Shown here: positions 1 to 11,140 of the stretch, piece by piece
Position numbering within the stretch: the stretch's first letter is position 1
Layout: every line of letters begins with the position of its first letter
IMG/VR virus record: IMGVR_UViG_3300045988_155182
Length of the DNA: 64,000 nt
Strand: one strand, 5' to 3'
Origin: a virus
Taxonomy: Duplodnaviria; Heunggongvirae; Uroviricota; Caudoviricetes
The notes under the pieces: generated by a model
Databases searched by the model: none
Told to the model about the DNA's origin: nothing
What the model saw: the letters and a program-made list of their open reading frames with translations, nothing else
Made by a program: the position numbers and the translations under genes

Positions 1-1
1 A

Positions 2-3000
2 GCCGACGATACCGTAAATTCTCGTGCAATGGCCGCTATCCTCGATCTTCTTGGGGAAGGGGTAATTGGCGGCTTAGTAAATGGCGCAAGATCTATTTTT
101 ATCGACGATCTGCCGATTGTAAATGAAGACGGTTCCTCCAACTTCAGCGGAATCACATGGGATTTTCGCGACGGTTCACAAGACCAGACTCCAATGTCTG
201 GCTTTGATTTCGTTGAAACGCCTAAATCCGTCAATATCCAGTTAAAAAAAACACATTATGTAACGGTTTCAATCGATAACGATGAAGCTGATCGGGTTCG
301 TGTCATCATGAAGTTTCCTTCTTTGCGAAGCATAGATAAAAAAACTGGTGACACGAACGGTACGACTGTTGAGTACAAGTTCCAGATAGCAAATGGCGAC
401 TCAACATTTGTAGATGTGGTCGCTGAAGGTGAAAAAAGCGTTGGCATTAAGCTAACAGCAAAGAAGACCGGCGTTTATTACCGTAGCTATGAGCTGAAGC
501 TGCCTAAGCCTGGACGAGCATACAAGGTTCGTGTGGTCCGTATTACCGATGATAACAGTAGCCAGTATCTCTATAACGATACATGGGTGGATTCAATCGG
601 GGAAATTGTCGATACACCGATGAACTATCCAAACTCTGTTTTGGTTGGATTGAAGGTAAACTCTGAGCAATTCGGCAGCACCATGCCATCTCGCTCTTAT
701 CTGGTGCGTGGCCTAAAAATTCGAGTACCTTCAAACTATAACGAGTCCAGTAACACTTACGCTGGGGTATGGGATGGCACTTTTAAGCTGTTGTCTTCTT
801 CGAACCCCGCGTGGATTCTCTTTGATTTGCTGACCAATGCTCGATATGGCCTTGGTCAGTATGTGTCGGAATCTATGATTGACCTTGGCCAGTTGTACCA
901 GATTGGTCGATATTGTGACGAAGAGGTCGATGATGGCTTTGGTGGCAAAGAGAAACGCTTTGCAATCAATACGCAGATCACCAGTCGACAGGACGCATAC
1001 CGGCTAATTCAGGATATTGCCGGAGCATTCCGCGGCATGGTGTTTTGGGCTGGTGGGATGGTTAACATCATGCAGGATAGCCCATCAGATCCGGTAATGA
1101 TGTTTACCAACTCTAACGTCAAAGATGGATTGTTTACCTATAAAGGTTCTGCGCGTAAAGATCGCCCATCCGTTGCGCTCGTAACCTACAACAACAAGGA
1201 GGACGGTTATAAGCAAAACATCGAGTACGTCGAAGATCAGGACGCAATGCGCCGTTATGGTGAGCGTAAAACAGAAGTCGTAGCATTTGGCTGTACAAGC
1301 CGAGGGCAGGCTCACCGAGTTGGTTTGTGGCTTTTATATACCGCCAGAATGGAGTCGGATGTAATTACATTTACTGCCGGCTTAGACGCGTCATTTCTGA
1401 TGCCTGGTGAAACCGTTCTGATTCAGAACAAATATCGCGCAGGCAAACGTAACTCAGGTCGAATTGTGGCGTTTACCAAAAACAGCGTCACACTCGATGC
1501 GCCTGTGTCGTTAGCCAAAGGCGGCTGCTTTATTCGAATACTGAATCAGGAAGGCAAAATCGTTGAACGCGATGTTCTTGAAACTGGCGAAAATATAACA
1601 AAAGTTACGTTTTCAAAAGCCCTGTCTTCGGCTGAAACGCCTGTTTTGAACGGCGTCTGGACTATTACAGAACCAGACCTCGAACCTATGCGCGTTCGCA
1701 TCGTTAACATCGCGCAGGGGGAAACGCCGGGTAGCTTTGACATCACCGCTGTTGAGAACAATCCGTCTAAATATGAGGCAATCGACAATGGTGCAACGCT
1801 GATCCCGCAGAATACGACGGTATTGGACCCAACTTACTCCAAGCCATCTAATCTGCAAATCACTGAAGGGACTTATCTCTCAAGCCCGGGCAACCTGTCA
1901 GTAAAACTGACTGCAACATGGGAAGGGAAATCTCCAGAGTATTGGATCAGTTGGCGACGTTCTGATGAAAACAATGTATCGAACTGGCAATCGGCGCGTG
2001 TAACCGAAGAGCAATACGAAATCGTTAATGTCGCGGAGAATGGACGCTACGACTTCCAGCTGTATGCGGTTTCATTCAACGGTAAAAAAACAGAGATTAT
2101 CAGTACCGTTTATCAGGTGTTGGGCACAATGACACCGCCGGATGCCCCAACGTCATTAACGGCCGTTGGAGACTATCGTAATGTGATACTGAATTGGGTT
2201 AATCCAGATTCGGTAGACCTTGATCACATTAATGTTTACGCATCCCAGACCAACAATCTGGATACGGCGAAACTGATCGCAGAGTCTGCAAGCACCACCT
2301 TTACACATGCTGGTCTTGGGGATAGCGAAACGTGGTATTACTGGGTTCGAGCATCGAACAAGCGAGGTATGTTAAGTCCTCCGAACTCAAACTTGGGTAC
2401 AGAGGCGACAACTCGCGATGTACTGTCGTTCCTGACTGGCAAAATTACATCTTCCGAGCTTGGTCAGGCTCTGCTTGAGGACATCAACAGCAAAGCCTCT
2501 CAAGAAGCAGTTGACGAGTTAAATGAGCATATCAACCAGAGCGTCGAATCTTTGGAGGGGGCGGTAAACGACGTTAAGGAAGATATAGCTGAATTAGATA
2601 AGCAGTTCAGCGATAACCTCGCGGATTTTGAAATAAAATTCAACGAGCGTAGCGATGCTTTGGAGAACGCACAAACCGAGCTTAAAGGTGAGGTTTCGGC
2701 AACGATCGACAAGGTCAATGAAGCGTTTGAAAAAATTGATGCTACTGATGCTGCAATTGTTGAAATCGAAAACACCGTATCTGAACACGATAAAGCTCTC
2801 GCTAATACAGTCGAGGCAATAAAGGCTGCAAGAGATGAAGCGGCGGCTCTTATTGCTAAGGAAAGCGAGGCTCGTGTTGAAGGCGATGCTGCAAACGCTA
2901 AACAACTGGAAGTGTTGCAGTCAACGGTAGAGGAAAGCTCCGCTGCCGTTGAAGAAATGAAAAAGACGGTTGCAGAGGTCGATCGTGCCAGTGCAGAACT

Positions 3001-4636
3001 GACTACGAACATTGAGGCGTTAGCCAAAACAAATATTGACCTGGCTCTTCGTCAAGATGAAGACCAGCACAAGCAGATGGTCAATAACGCGAAGATCGCA
3101 ACAACACAGAAAACCTTTGCTGATGATATGTCTGCAATGGCCACGAAGGTTGAGGAAATTCGCGTAGAAATTGGCGAAGACATTAAGGCCAGTATTCTGG
3201 AAGAGTCCACCGCTCGTGCCGATGGCGATGAAGCGTTGGCAAAGCGTGTCACTCAGCTGCAATCTAAGTTTGAAGGAGATATCAGCGCGGCGATTAGTAC
3301 AGAGCAGGAGGCTCGTACATCTGCCGATGAAGCTCTGACGACACAGATCACTCAGCTTGAGTCGAAAGTAAGCAACGATATCGTCGCAGCCATTAAGGAA
3401 GAGCAAGAAGCCCGAGCAACGGAAGATTCGGCTCTGGCAAGCCAGATCACCCAACTTCAGGCAAAGGTTGATGATGATATTTCTGCTGCAATACGTAGTG
3501 AGCAGGAGGCCCGAGCAAGCGGGGACTCTGCGTTAGCCAAACAAATAAACCAGCTTCAGTCAAAGGTTGACGGTGATATATCCGCTGCCATCACTCAGGA
3601 GCAGGAGGCCAGAGCAAGTGCTGACCAGGCGCTCTCACGAGAAATTAACAGCCTGCGAGCACAAACCGGAACTGATATTGCCGCAGCGGTTGCTGTAGAG
3701 ACAAAAGCAAGGACTGATGCCGATAGTGCATTGTCTACCCAGATTACGTCTCTTACAGCAAAAGCTAATGATCTCGAGGCGTCTCTTGCCAGAGAAACAA
3801 CGGCTCGTGCAGATGGTGATACCGCTTTAACAAAAGAGGTTTCAAATTTAAAAGCACAGACAGCGAAAGATATTAGTGCGGCCGTTGCAGTTGAAACGCA
3901 GGCTCGAACTGATGCTGACTCGGCGTTGTCGTCTCAGATCACCAAGCTGACCTCTCAATACAAAGAGGATATTAAAGCGGCTGTAGCAACCGAAACGAAA
4001 ACGCGTACAGAGCAAGATGCTGCATTGGCGACTCAAATCACAAACTTAGAGTCTCAAACGGCAGCCAACATTTCCGCGGCGGTAACAACTGAAACGACAG
4101 CGAGAACGCAGGCAGATAATGCTCTGAGTGGGCGAATCGATACTCTGAAAGCAGAGGTGGATGGAAATACCGCGACAATTCAACAGCAGGCAACAGCTAT
4201 TGCTGATACCAACAAAAAAGTATCAACCGCGTGGACGTTGAAAATGGAGACTTCAACGAGCGGAGGGCAGAAGTATGTTGCCGGTATTGCGCTTGGTATT
4301 GACACCACTGGGCTATCTCAGTTTTTGGTTCAGGCGGACAGGTTTGGTTTGGTCAACTCTGTTAACGGGAAGATCACAACGCCATTTGTTATCGAAAACA
4401 GTATCGCCTATATGAATGGAGCGTATATCAAGGATGGCACAATCACCAATGCAAAAGTAGGCGATCTGCAATCTACCAATTTTGTTAGCGGTAGATCTGG
4501 ATGGCGGTTCGGCAAAAATGGAACGCTTGAGATCAACGGTAATAGCGGCGGCAATGGGCGATTGGTTATAAATGGTCAGCGGATTGACGTTTATGACGAT
4601 AACAACGTCCTACGAGTAAGAATTGGCCGTCTGTGA
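2..4636 (+). CDS. Central tail fibre / host-specificity protein (lambda J-like); 5' end lies upstream of the window
   Basis: Reading frame is open to the window edge, so the ATG at 29 is not the true start. N-terminal two-thirds carries J-like motifs (SEQFGS...RVPSNYN, FGCTSRGQAHRVGLWL). C-terminal third has a tandem coiled-coil repeat stalk, then a J-type distal domain (KYVAGIALGID...SQFLV). Confidence 0.85.
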   Translation, partial: ADDTVNSRAMAAILDLLGEGVIGGLVNGARSIFIDDLPIVNEDGSSNFSGITWDFRDGSQDQTPMSGFDFVETPKSVNIQLKKTHYVTVSIDNDEADRVRVIMKFPSLRSIDKKTGDTNGTTVEYKFQIANGDSTFVDVVAEGEKSVGIKLTAKKTGVYYRSYELKLPKPGRAYKVRVVRITDDNSSQYLYNDTWVDSIGEIVDTPMNYPNSVLVGLKVNSEQFGSTMPSRSYLVRGLKIRVPSNYNESSNTYAGVWDGTFKLLSSSNPAWILFDLLTNARYGLGQYVSESMIDLGQLYQIGRYCDEEVDDGFGGKEKRFAINTQITSRQDAYRLIQDIAGAFRGMVFWAGGMVNIMQDSPSDPVMMFTNSNVKDGLFTYKGSARKDRPSVALVTYNNKEDGYKQNIEYVEDQDAMRRYGERKTEVVAFGCTSRGQAHRVGLWLLYTARMESDVITFTAGLDASFLMPGETVLIQNKYRAGKRNSGRIVAFTKNSVTLDAPVSLAKGGCFIRILNQEGKIVERDVLETGENITKVTFSKALSSAETPVLNGVWTITEPDLEPMRVRIVNIAQGETPGSFDITAVENNPSKYEAIDNGATLIPQNTTVLDPTYSKPSNLQITEGTYLSSPGNLSVKLTATWEGKSPEYWISWRRSDENNVSNWQSARVTEEQYEIVNVAENGRYDFQLYAVSFNGKKTEIISTVYQVLGTMTPPDAPTSLTAVGDYRNVILNWVNPDSVDLDHINVYASQTNNLDTAKLIAESASTTFTHAGLGDSETWYYWVRASNKRGMLSPPNSNLGTEATTRDVLSFLTGKITSSELGQALLEDINSKASQEAVDELNEHINQSVESLEGAVNDVKEDIAELDKQFSDNLADFEIKFNERSDALENAQTELKGEVSATIDKVNEAFEKIDATDAAIVEIENTVSEHDKALANTVEAIKAARDEAAALIAKESEARVEGDAANAKQLEVLQSTVEESSAAVEEMKKTVAEVDRASAELTTNIEALAKTNIDLALRQDEDQHKQMVNNAKIATTQKTFADDMSAMATKVEEIRVEIGEDIKASILEESTARADGDEALAKRVTQLQSKFEGDISAAISTEQEARTSADEALTTQITQLESKVSNDIVAAIKEEQEARATEDSALASQITQLQAKVDDDISAAIRSEQEARASGDSALAKQINQLQSKVDGDISAAITQEQEARASADQALSREINSLRAQTGTDIAAAVAVETKARTDADSALSTQITSLTAKANDLEASLARETTARADGDTALTKEVSNLKAQTAKDISAAVAVETQARTDADSALSSQITKLTSQYKEDIKAAVATETKTRTEQDAALATQITNLESQTAANISAAVTTETTARTQADNALSGRIDTLKAEVDGNTATIQQQATAIADTNKKVSTAWTLKMETSTSGGQKYVAGIALGIDTTGLSQFLVQADRFGLVNSVNGKITTPFVIENSIAYMNGAYIKDGTITNAKVGDLQSTNFVSGRSGWRFGKNGTLEINGNSGGNGRLVINGQRIDVYDDNNVLRVRIGRL
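3202..4190 (+). repeat. About 10 tandem 99-nt (33-aa) coiled-coil repeats inside the J-like gene
   Basis: Repeating unit E(Q/T)(E/K)AR..AD.AL..QIT.L.(S/A)KV..DI(S/A)AA(I/V) read directly from the translation. Confidence 0.8.
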
Positions 4637-4667
4637 TGGTGGAAAAAAAATTTTATATCGGTAAAAA

Positions 4668-4686
4668 TAGGTAAGTATTTACTTAA
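4668..4686. promoter_or_regulatory. Dispersed palindrome copy (TAGGTAAGTA-TT-TACTTAA) between the J-like and stf genes
   Basis: TAAGTATTTACTTA core; the same core recurs at 23354-23375. Confidence 0.45.
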
Positions 4687-4729
4687 TGGCGGGCAAGGAT
4701 AACCCGCCAAATCAAGGAGCATATTCAAC

Positions 4730-7700
4730 ATGTGGTACAGGGAAGGTACTATCACATTTACACAGGGTAGCAATACTCTGGTTGGGGCAGGGACAGCCTG
4801 GAACGTAACAGCTAATGGTGTGTTGCCGGGGATGATCGTCATTGGCCCCGACAATAAGCTGTATGAGATCAAGCGCGTAATAAGCGATACGAATATTGTT
4901 CTCTCAGAACCTTATACCGGCGAAACTCAGTCTGAGGTTCCGTGCCGAATCATTACGACCTATGAAGGCGACTTAACACAGTTTAGCGCGCGCTTTACTG
5001 CGCTAATGTCGCGTATGTCGGCTGATTCCAAGTCCATGCGCAGTTGGTTGACTGCGCTGGATGAGGTGACAATCGAGCGTGAAGACGGTACAGAAGTAAC
5101 CGTTAAGCCGCTAATGCAGATCGTCAACGAGCACAACGAAAACGTTGAGTGGTATAAAAATAACACTGACGCGATTGATGCTGCTGGCGACAAAGCTCGT
5201 GAGGCGGCGGCCAGTGCTGCCGCAGCAGCAGAAAGCGCCAATACCGCTGGAGAAAAAGCCTCTCAAGCGTCTCAAAGTGCATCCGCTGCGGCATCCTCAC
5301 AAAGTGCCGCAAGTGCGAGTGCAACTGCTGCGAAAAAATCTGAAACGAATGCCGCAGCGTCACAACAATCAGCAGCCACTTCTGCATCCACCGCGACCAC
5401 GAAAGCGTCAGAAGCTGCCACCTCAGCCCGGGATGCGGCGGCCTCAAAAGAGGCAGCGAAATCATCAGAAACGAACGCATCCTTGAGCGCCAGTAGCGCA
5501 GCTTCCTCGGCAACGGCGGCAGGAAATTCCGCGAAGGCGGCAAAAACGTCCGAGACGAACGCCAGGTCTTCTGAGACGGCAGCGGGACAGAGCGCCTCAG
5601 CTGCGGCAGGCTCAAAAACAGCGGCTGCGTCGTCTGCCAGTGCCGCGTCAACAAGTGCCGGGCAGGCCTCAGCCAGTGCCACCGCCGCCGGAAAATCGGC
5701 AGAAAGTGCCGCATCGTCTGCTTCAACAGCCACAACGAAGGCTGGCGAAGCCACTGAACAGGCCAGCGCAGCAGCGAGGTCTGCTTCCGCAGCGAAGACA
5801 TCCGAAACGAACGCGAAAGCGTCGGAAACCAGCGCAGAATCCTCAAAAACGGCTGCCGCATCGTCCGCCAGTTCGGCGGCGTCATCGGCATCATCTGCGT
5901 CTGCTTCAAAAGATGAGGCGACCAGACAGGCGTCAGCAGCGAAGGGCAGTGCCACGACGGCATCCACGAAAGCAACAGAGGCGGCAGGCAGTGCGACGGC
6001 AGCATCTCAGAGCAAAACTGCTGCTGAATCCGCTGCGACCCGTGCGGAAGCTGCTGCTGATCGTGCTGAAGAGATTGCCGGTGCAGTTGCGATGGAAGAC
6101 GCAAGCCTTACAACTAAAGGTGTTGTGAAACTTAGCAGTGCTGTTGATAGCACCAGTGAATCGCTGGCCGCAACGCCAAAAGCAGTTAAAGCAGCCAATG
6201 ACAATGCGAATAGCAGGGTGCCATCTAACCGAAAAGTTAACGGAAAAGCACTGACTGCGGATATAACATTAACGCCGAAAGATATTGGTACTTTAAATTC
6301 AGTAACGATGTCTTTCTCTGGCGGGGCTGGGTGGTTCAAACTGGCTACGGTTACCATGCCACAAGCGAGTTCCATCGTTTACATCGCATTGATTGGTGGC
6401 GCTGGTTACAACGTCGGTTCCCCACATCAGGCAGGCATTTCAGAACTGGTTCTACGAGCAGGCAATGGAAACCCCAAAGGAATTACCGGGGCTTTGTGGA
6501 AGCGTACAGCCGTCGGATTAACGAATTTCGCCTGGATCAACACATCCGGCGATACATATGATATTTACGTTGAGATTGGCAATTATGCGACTCGTGTAAA
6601 TATCCATTGGGATTGTACTGCAAATGCGACAGTTTCTATTTATACATCGCCAACATATTCAGCGAGTAAGCCTTCCAGCGTTACCGATGGTGTTGTTTAT
6701 ACGATGTATAGCTCACATCAGAAACCGACGCCGTTAGATATTGGAGCACTGCCAACAACCGGAGGAACAGTTTCAGGTCCGTTGTCTGTTACAGGTGGAT
6801 TAACTGGTTCATTGAATGGTAATGCAAGTACAGCCACGAAATTGCAGACGGCAAGATCTATCGGTGGAGTTGTTTTCGACGGTTCTGCAAATATTAACCT
6901 TCCAGGTGTAAACACTACGGGTAATCAGAACACCACTGGTAATGCTGCAACTGCTACAAAACTTCAGACGGCAAGAACTATCGGCGGCGTGAGCTTTGAT
7001 GGTACTGCGAATATTAATTTGCCAGGTGTTAATACGACTGGTAATCAGAACACAACGGGCAACGCGGCTACTGCTACGAAGTTGCAGACTGCGCGTACTA
7101 TCAATGGGGTGTCGTTTGACGGCTCGGCAAATATTGCCTTGTCGCCAGCAAATATAGGTTGCCCGGCATCTCCTACTGGTTGGCTTGTAACAGGTGATAA
7201 TGGAGCTTCAATAACAACAGAGCAATTAGTGACTCTGCTACGAGATAATGGTGCTTTTAGTGTAAAGGCATGGATAGCGCGTTGTGCCTGGGCGTATGCA
7301 AATAGTGCATCCATACCAGACAGCGAAACAGGATGCGGCATTATTCCACTGGCTGGCGCAGTTATTGAGGTATTTAATAAAGGCAGTAGCTCAAACAATT
7401 ATACGATTCGTATAACAACGGCAACAACGACAGGTGTCTCTGGCGCACTCACTAATGCGGAGTTTGTCTATGTGTTTAATGGGACGACCTATTCACCAGG
7501 ATGGCGCAGAGCGTATAACACTAAAAACAAGCCTACTGCGGCTGATGTCGGAGCTTTACCACTATCTGGAGGGGCGTTAACTGGCGGATTAACTGCTGCT
7601 GGCGAGATAATTTCCAAATCGGCGAATGGTCTGCGCATTGCCTACGGAAACTACGGATTCTTTATCCGAAATGATGGATTGGACACATATTTCATGCTAA

Positions 7701-9181
7701 CAGCATCAGGAGACACATTAGGTTCATGGAACGGTTTGCGACCTATTACAATTAATAATACCAGCGGTTCTGTGTCCATTCGTAATGGACTCAATGTTAC
7801 TGGCGGCATCAATGGTAGTTTGAACGGTAATGCTGCAACTGCAACAAAACTGCAAACAGCACGCACAATAGGCGGAGTGTCATTCGATGGCTCCGCCAAT
7901 ATCAACCTGCCGGGTGTAAACATTGCTGGTAACCAGAACACTACCGGTAATGCAGCGACAGCGACCAAGTTGCAGACAGCATGTACTATCAACGGCGTCT
8001 CGTTTGATGGTTCTAAAGATATTGAACTTAACCCACGGTCTATAGGCACGATCAACTCCACAACAATGTCATTCAGCGGTGGTGCTGGTTGGTTCAAATT
8101 AGCAACGGTAACCATGCCACAGGCGAGTTCTGTTGTTTCAATTACGTTGATTGGTGGCTCGGGATTTAACGTGGGGTCACCTCAACAGGCAGGTATATCT
8201 GAACTTGTTTTGCGTGCAGGTAATGGTAATCCGAAGGGGATTACTGGTGCTTTATGGCAGCGCACATCGACAGGGTTTACAAATTTTGCCTGGGTCAATA
8301 CATCTGGTGATACTTACGATATTTACGTTGCAATCGGAAATTATGCGTGGCGTGTAAATATTCAATGGGATTATACCAGTAATGCCAGCGTGACGATTCA
8401 TACGTCACCAGCATATTCTGCTAATAAGCCGGAAGGGTTAACGGACGGTACAGTTTATTCACTCTATACGCCATCAGAGCAGTTTTATCCGCCTGGCGCA
8501 CCAATCCCGTGGCCATCAGATACCGTTCCGTCTGGTTATGCCCTGATGCAGGGGCAGACTTTTGACAAATCTGCCTACCCGAAACTTGCAGCCGCTTATC
8601 CGTCAGGCGTGATCCCTGATATGCGTGGCTGGACGATTAAGGGCAAACCCGCCAGTGGTCGTGCCGTATTGTCTCAGGAACAGGACGGCATTAAATCGCA
8701 CACCCACAGCGCCAGCGCATCCAGTACGGATTTGGGGACGAAAACCACATCGTCGTTTGATTACGGAACCAAATCCACGAATAACACCGGGGCGCATACC
8801 CATAGTATTAGCGGGACTGCAAATAGTGCAGGTGGGCACCAACACCATAGTTCTGGACCATATGCGAATTCTAATGATGGTGATCTCTTTCCTAACGGTT
8901 ATACCCAGGTTTCAGCCACAAACAAACCAGTTGTACCACGGCAAGGTGGCCAAGGTATGGCCCGTTTATCAGGGAAAACATCATCAGATGGAGCACATAC
9001 CCACTCGTTATCCGGTAGTGCCGCAAGCGCAGGTGCTCACGCACACACTGTTGGTATTGGTGCTCATACGCACTCCGTTGCGATTGGTTCACATGGACAC
9101 ACCATCACCGTTAACGCTGCTGGTAACGCGGAAAACACCGTCAAAAACATCGCATTTAACTATATTGTGAGGCTTGCATGA
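4730..9181 (+). CDS. stf: Side tail fibre protein (lambda Stf-like)
   Basis: 1483-aa ORF with RBS-like context. Ala/Ser-rich SETNA-type low-complexity N-terminal region, internally duplicated domains, and a C-terminus with the Stf/T4 gp37-type His boxes ([52 protein letters not shown]). Confidence 0.9.
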   Translation: MWYREGTITFTQGSNTLVGAGTAWNVTANGVLPGMIVIGPDNKLYEIKRVISDTNIVLSEPYTGETQSEVPCRIITTYEGDLTQFSARFTALMSRMSADSKSMRSWLTALDEVTIEREDGTEVTVKPLMQIVNEHNENVEWYKNNTDAIDAAGDKAREAAASAAAAAESANTAGEKASQASQSASAAASSQSAASASATAAKKSETNAAASQQSAATSASTATTKASEAATSARDAAASKEAAKSSETNASLSASSAASSATAAGNSAKAAKTSETNARSSETAAGQSASAAAGSKTAAASSASAASTSAGQASASATAAGKSAESAASSASTATTKAGEATEQASAAARSASAAKTSETNAKASETSAESSKTAAASSASSAASSASSASASKDEATRQASAAKGSATTASTKATEAAGSATAASQSKTAAESAATRAEAAADRAEEIAGAVAMEDASLTTKGVVKLSSAVDSTSESLAATPKAVKAANDNANSRVPSNRKVNGKALTADITLTPKDIGTLNSVTMSFSGGAGWFKLATVTMPQASSIVYIALIGGAGYNVGSPHQAGISELVLRAGNGNPKGITGALWKRTAVGLTNFAWINTSGDTYDIYVEIGNYATRVNIHWDCTANATVSIYTSPTYSASKPSSVTDGVVYTMYSSHQKPTPLDIGALPTTGGTVSGPLSVTGGLTGSLNGNASTATKLQTARSIGGVVFDGSANINLPGVNTTGNQNTTGNAATATKLQTARTIGGVSFDGTANINLPGVNTTGNQNTTGNAATATKLQTARTINGVSFDGSANIALSPANIGCPASPTGWLVTGDNGASITTEQLVTLLRDNGAFSVKAWIARCAWAYANSASIPDSETGCGIIPLAGAVIEVFNKGSSSNNYTIRITTATTTGVSGALTNAEFVYVFNGTTYSPGWRRAYNTKNKPTAADVGALPLSGGALTGGLTAAGEIISKSANGLRIAYGNYGFFIRNDGLDTYFMLTASGDTLGSWNGLRPITINNTSGSVSIRNGLNVTGGINGSLNGNAATATKLQTARTIGGVSFDGSANINLPGVNIAGNQNTTGNAATATKLQTACTINGVSFDGSKDIELNPRSIGTINSTTMSFSGGAGWFKLATVTMPQASSVVSITLIGGSGFNVGSPQQAGISELVLRAGNGNPKGITGALWQRTSTGFTNFAWVNTSGDTYDIYVAIGNYAWRVNIQWDYTSNASVTIHTSPAYSANKPEGLTDGTVYSLYTPSEQFYPPGAPIPWPSDTVPSGYALMQGQTFDKSAYPKLAAAYPSGVIPDMRGWTIKGKPASGRAVLSQEQDGIKSHTHSASASSTDLGTKTTSSFDYGTKSTNNTGAHTHSISGTANSAGGHQHHSSGPYANSNDGDLFPNGYTQVSATNKPVVPRQGGQGMARLSGKTSSDGAHTHSLSGSAASAGAHAHTVGIGAHTHSVAIGSHGHTITVNAAGNAENTVKNIAFNYIVRLA

Positions 9182-9978
9182 TTACGCTCATTCTTTCTGC
9201 ACCAGTAACAGAAATGGCTGAAGCATTTAAGCGGGTATTTGCAAACGCAGATAATGTGAATATTGTCGGAAAGCCATTTGAAACAATCAGAGAATTTGAC
9301 TGCATGGTAAGTGCGGCAAATAGTTTCGGCCTGATGGATGGCGGCGTTGATGCCGCCATTACCGCATTCTTCGGTACTCAGTTACAGTCCCGCGTTCAGA
9401 ATCATATTCTTCGTGAATATCTAGGCGAGCAGCCTGTAGGTTCTGCATTTGTTATTGAAACGGGGCATAATCATCACCCCTGGCTGGTACATGCGCCAAC
9501 AATGCGTGTTCCGCTGACAATTGACGGAACAGACTCTGTATATAACGCAACCTGGGCCGCTTTACTTGCCATCTTTCAGCACAATAAAAACGCAACGACA
9601 GACAGGAAAATAAAGACGGTGGTATTCCCTGCAATGGGGGCCGGATGTGGTCAGGTTCCGTTTGAAAGCGTTGCCCGGCAGATGAAGCAGGCGTGGGATA
9701 ACTTTAATAAAAAAACAGAAGCAATTAACTGGGAATATGCACAATCTCGCCAGTCGGCAGTATTTAGCACATATGCATACTGTCCAGGTAATTCTGTTTG
9801 CCGTTATGCGGATACTAAATATATTGGCTGTGGCGATTCCCGGACGTATTGCTCACGTTCAGGGCAGATCTGTATTAACCCTGAACATCAGGCTGATGAT
9901 GTACTGATACAACATCAGGCTAATAACCGGTTTCGCCCTGGTTCGCATATACACCGGATTAATCCGGAAAATACCTGA
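9178..9978 (+). CDS. Macrodomain (ADP-ribose binding/processing) protein; C-terminal tail looks like a degraded Stf 3' fragment
   Basis: ATGA overlap with the stf stop. Macro signature [19 protein letters not shown] plus [14 protein letters not shown]; the last ~14 codons ([13 protein letters not shown]) resemble the Stf His-box end. Confidence 0.65.
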   Translation: MITLILSAPVTEMAEAFKRVFANADNVNIVGKPFETIREFDCMVSAANSFGLMDGGVDAAITAFFGTQLQSRVQNHILREYLGEQPVGSAFVIETGHNHHPWLVHAPTMRVPLTIDGTDSVYNATWAALLAIFQHNKNATTDRKIKTVVFPAMGAGCGQVPFESVARQMKQAWDNFNKKTEAINWEYAQSRQSAVFSTYAYCPGNSVCRYADTKYIGCGDSRTYCSRSGQICINPEHQADDVLIQHQANNRFRPGSHIHRINPENT

Positions 9979-10066
9979 GGCAATATCGCCACTGGCGCAT
10001 ATAATCACGGAAGGGGCATCACTGTTGGTGCTCACACCCATACACTCAATAAACAACATACTGTCT
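9937..10066 (+). pseudogene. Remnants of a side-tail-fibre 3' end (His-box coding fragments) between the macrodomain gene and tfa
   Basis: ggttcgcatatacaccgg...ggaaaatacc and ggtgctcacacccatacactc resemble the stf 3' sequence at 9036-9140 (GSHGH / GAHTH coding). Confidence 0.35.
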
Positions 10067-10088
10067 TTGATATTAAGTAGAGGTGAAC

Positions 10089-10670
10089 ATGGACTTCACA
10101 ATGAGTGAACAACCACGGACCATAAAAATTTATAATCTGTTGGCCGGAACCAATGAATTTATTGGTGAAGGTGATGCATATATTCCACCTCATACGGGGC
10201 TGCCAGCTTATTCTACGGATATAGCGCCACCGGATGTACCTGCTGGCTTCGTGGCCGTATTCAACAGCGAAAATAAATCATGGAGTCTCGTTGAAGACCA
10301 CAGGGGTAAAACGGTCTATGACGTGGAATCAGGGGACGCGTTGTTTATTTCTGAACTTGGGCCATTACCGGAAAATGTCACCTGGTTATCACCGGATGGG
10401 GAATATCAGAAGTGGGACGGCACATCCTGGGAGAAGGATGAGGAAACAGAAAAATTGTTTCAGGTACGGGAAGCGGAAGAAACAAAAAAAAGTCTGATGC
10501 AGGTAGCCAGCGAGCACATTGCGCCACTTCAGGATGCTGTAGATTTGGAGATTGCAACGGAGGAAGAAGCATCGTTGCTGACTGCATGGAAGAAGTATAG
10601 AGTTTTATTGAACCGCATTGACACATCAACGGCACCGGATATTGACTGGCCAACAATACCAGCAGAGTAA
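10089..10670 (+). CDS. tfa: Tail fibre assembly protein (lambda Tfa-like)
   Basis: AGAGG RBS 6 nt upstream of the ATG. Sequence [35 protein letters not shown]...[21 protein letters not shown] matches lambda Tfa as I recall it. Confidence 0.9.
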   Translation: MDFTMSEQPRTIKIYNLLAGTNEFIGEGDAYIPPHTGLPAYSTDIAPPDVPAGFVAVFNSENKSWSLVEDHRGKTVYDVESGDALFISELGPLPENVTWLSPDGEYQKWDGTSWEKDEETEKLFQVREAEETKKSLMQVASEHIAPLQDAVDLEIATEEEASLLTAWKKYRVLLNRIDTSTAPDIDWPTIPAE

Positions 10671-10803
10671 GGGGCAGATTATATCTGCATTATTAACAAC
10701 GATTAGTTTGCAAGATATATAGTAGGTAAGTACATACCTACTACAAATGGTTAAAATATGATATAAACACGCCATCCCGATTTGACTTTTCATGGAGGAA
10801 AAC

Positions 10804-11127
10804 ATGTCGAACGAGATGGCGGGAGTCACAACTGAACAGGTTGAGCGCATCGCCTCAATCGTTGCTCGGGAAGTCGTAGGCAAATTAGGTAAAGAAATAC
10901 GCGAGGAAATTGGCCAGGAGGTCAACGACCAGCTCAAAACCTACTTTGGCGATATGACGCCTTCGCAACACAGCATTCAGCACTCCAACCTGGACAAACT
11001 ACTTAATCGGCTAGACGCCATCTCCAGCGGGTTCTTTGGCGGCATTATCTCAAAGATAACGTCGTTCCTGATTACCGCGCTGCTGCTGGGTCTGGCCGCT
11101 TATGGCGTGAAGAATGGACTGCAATAA
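10804..11127 (+). CDS. Putative holin (single C-terminal transmembrane segment)
   Basis: GGAGG RBS; small protein with hydrophobic ITSFLITALLLGLAAYGV; first gene of an apparent lysis cassette. Confidence 0.45.
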   Translation: MSNEMAGVTTEQVERIASIVAREVVGKLGKEIREEIGQEVNDQLKTYFGDMTPSQHSIQHSNLDKLLNRLDAISSGFFGGIISKITSFLITALLLGLAAYGVKNGLQ

Positions 11128-11140
11128 CAGGAGATCAAGG

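Noticed and set aside
29-31. ATG at 29 as the start of the J-like gene
   Set aside because: The frame is open to the first base of the window and the protein aligns with lambda J from about residue 25; the real start lies upstream of the window.
2500-3454. Minus-strand ORFs (2500-3027, 3020-3454) inside the J-like gene
   Set aside because: Antisense to a well-supported large CDS in the coiled-coil repeat region; no RBS and low-complexity translations.
5124-6128. Overlapping ORFs on both strands inside the side-tail-fibre gene (5124-6104 minus, 5272-5967 minus, 5145-5486 plus, 5640-6128 plus)
   Set aside because: They fall in the Ala/Ser-rich GC-biased low-complexity region of stf, where every frame stays open; translations are repetitive Pro/Arg/Gln- or Ala-rich artefacts.
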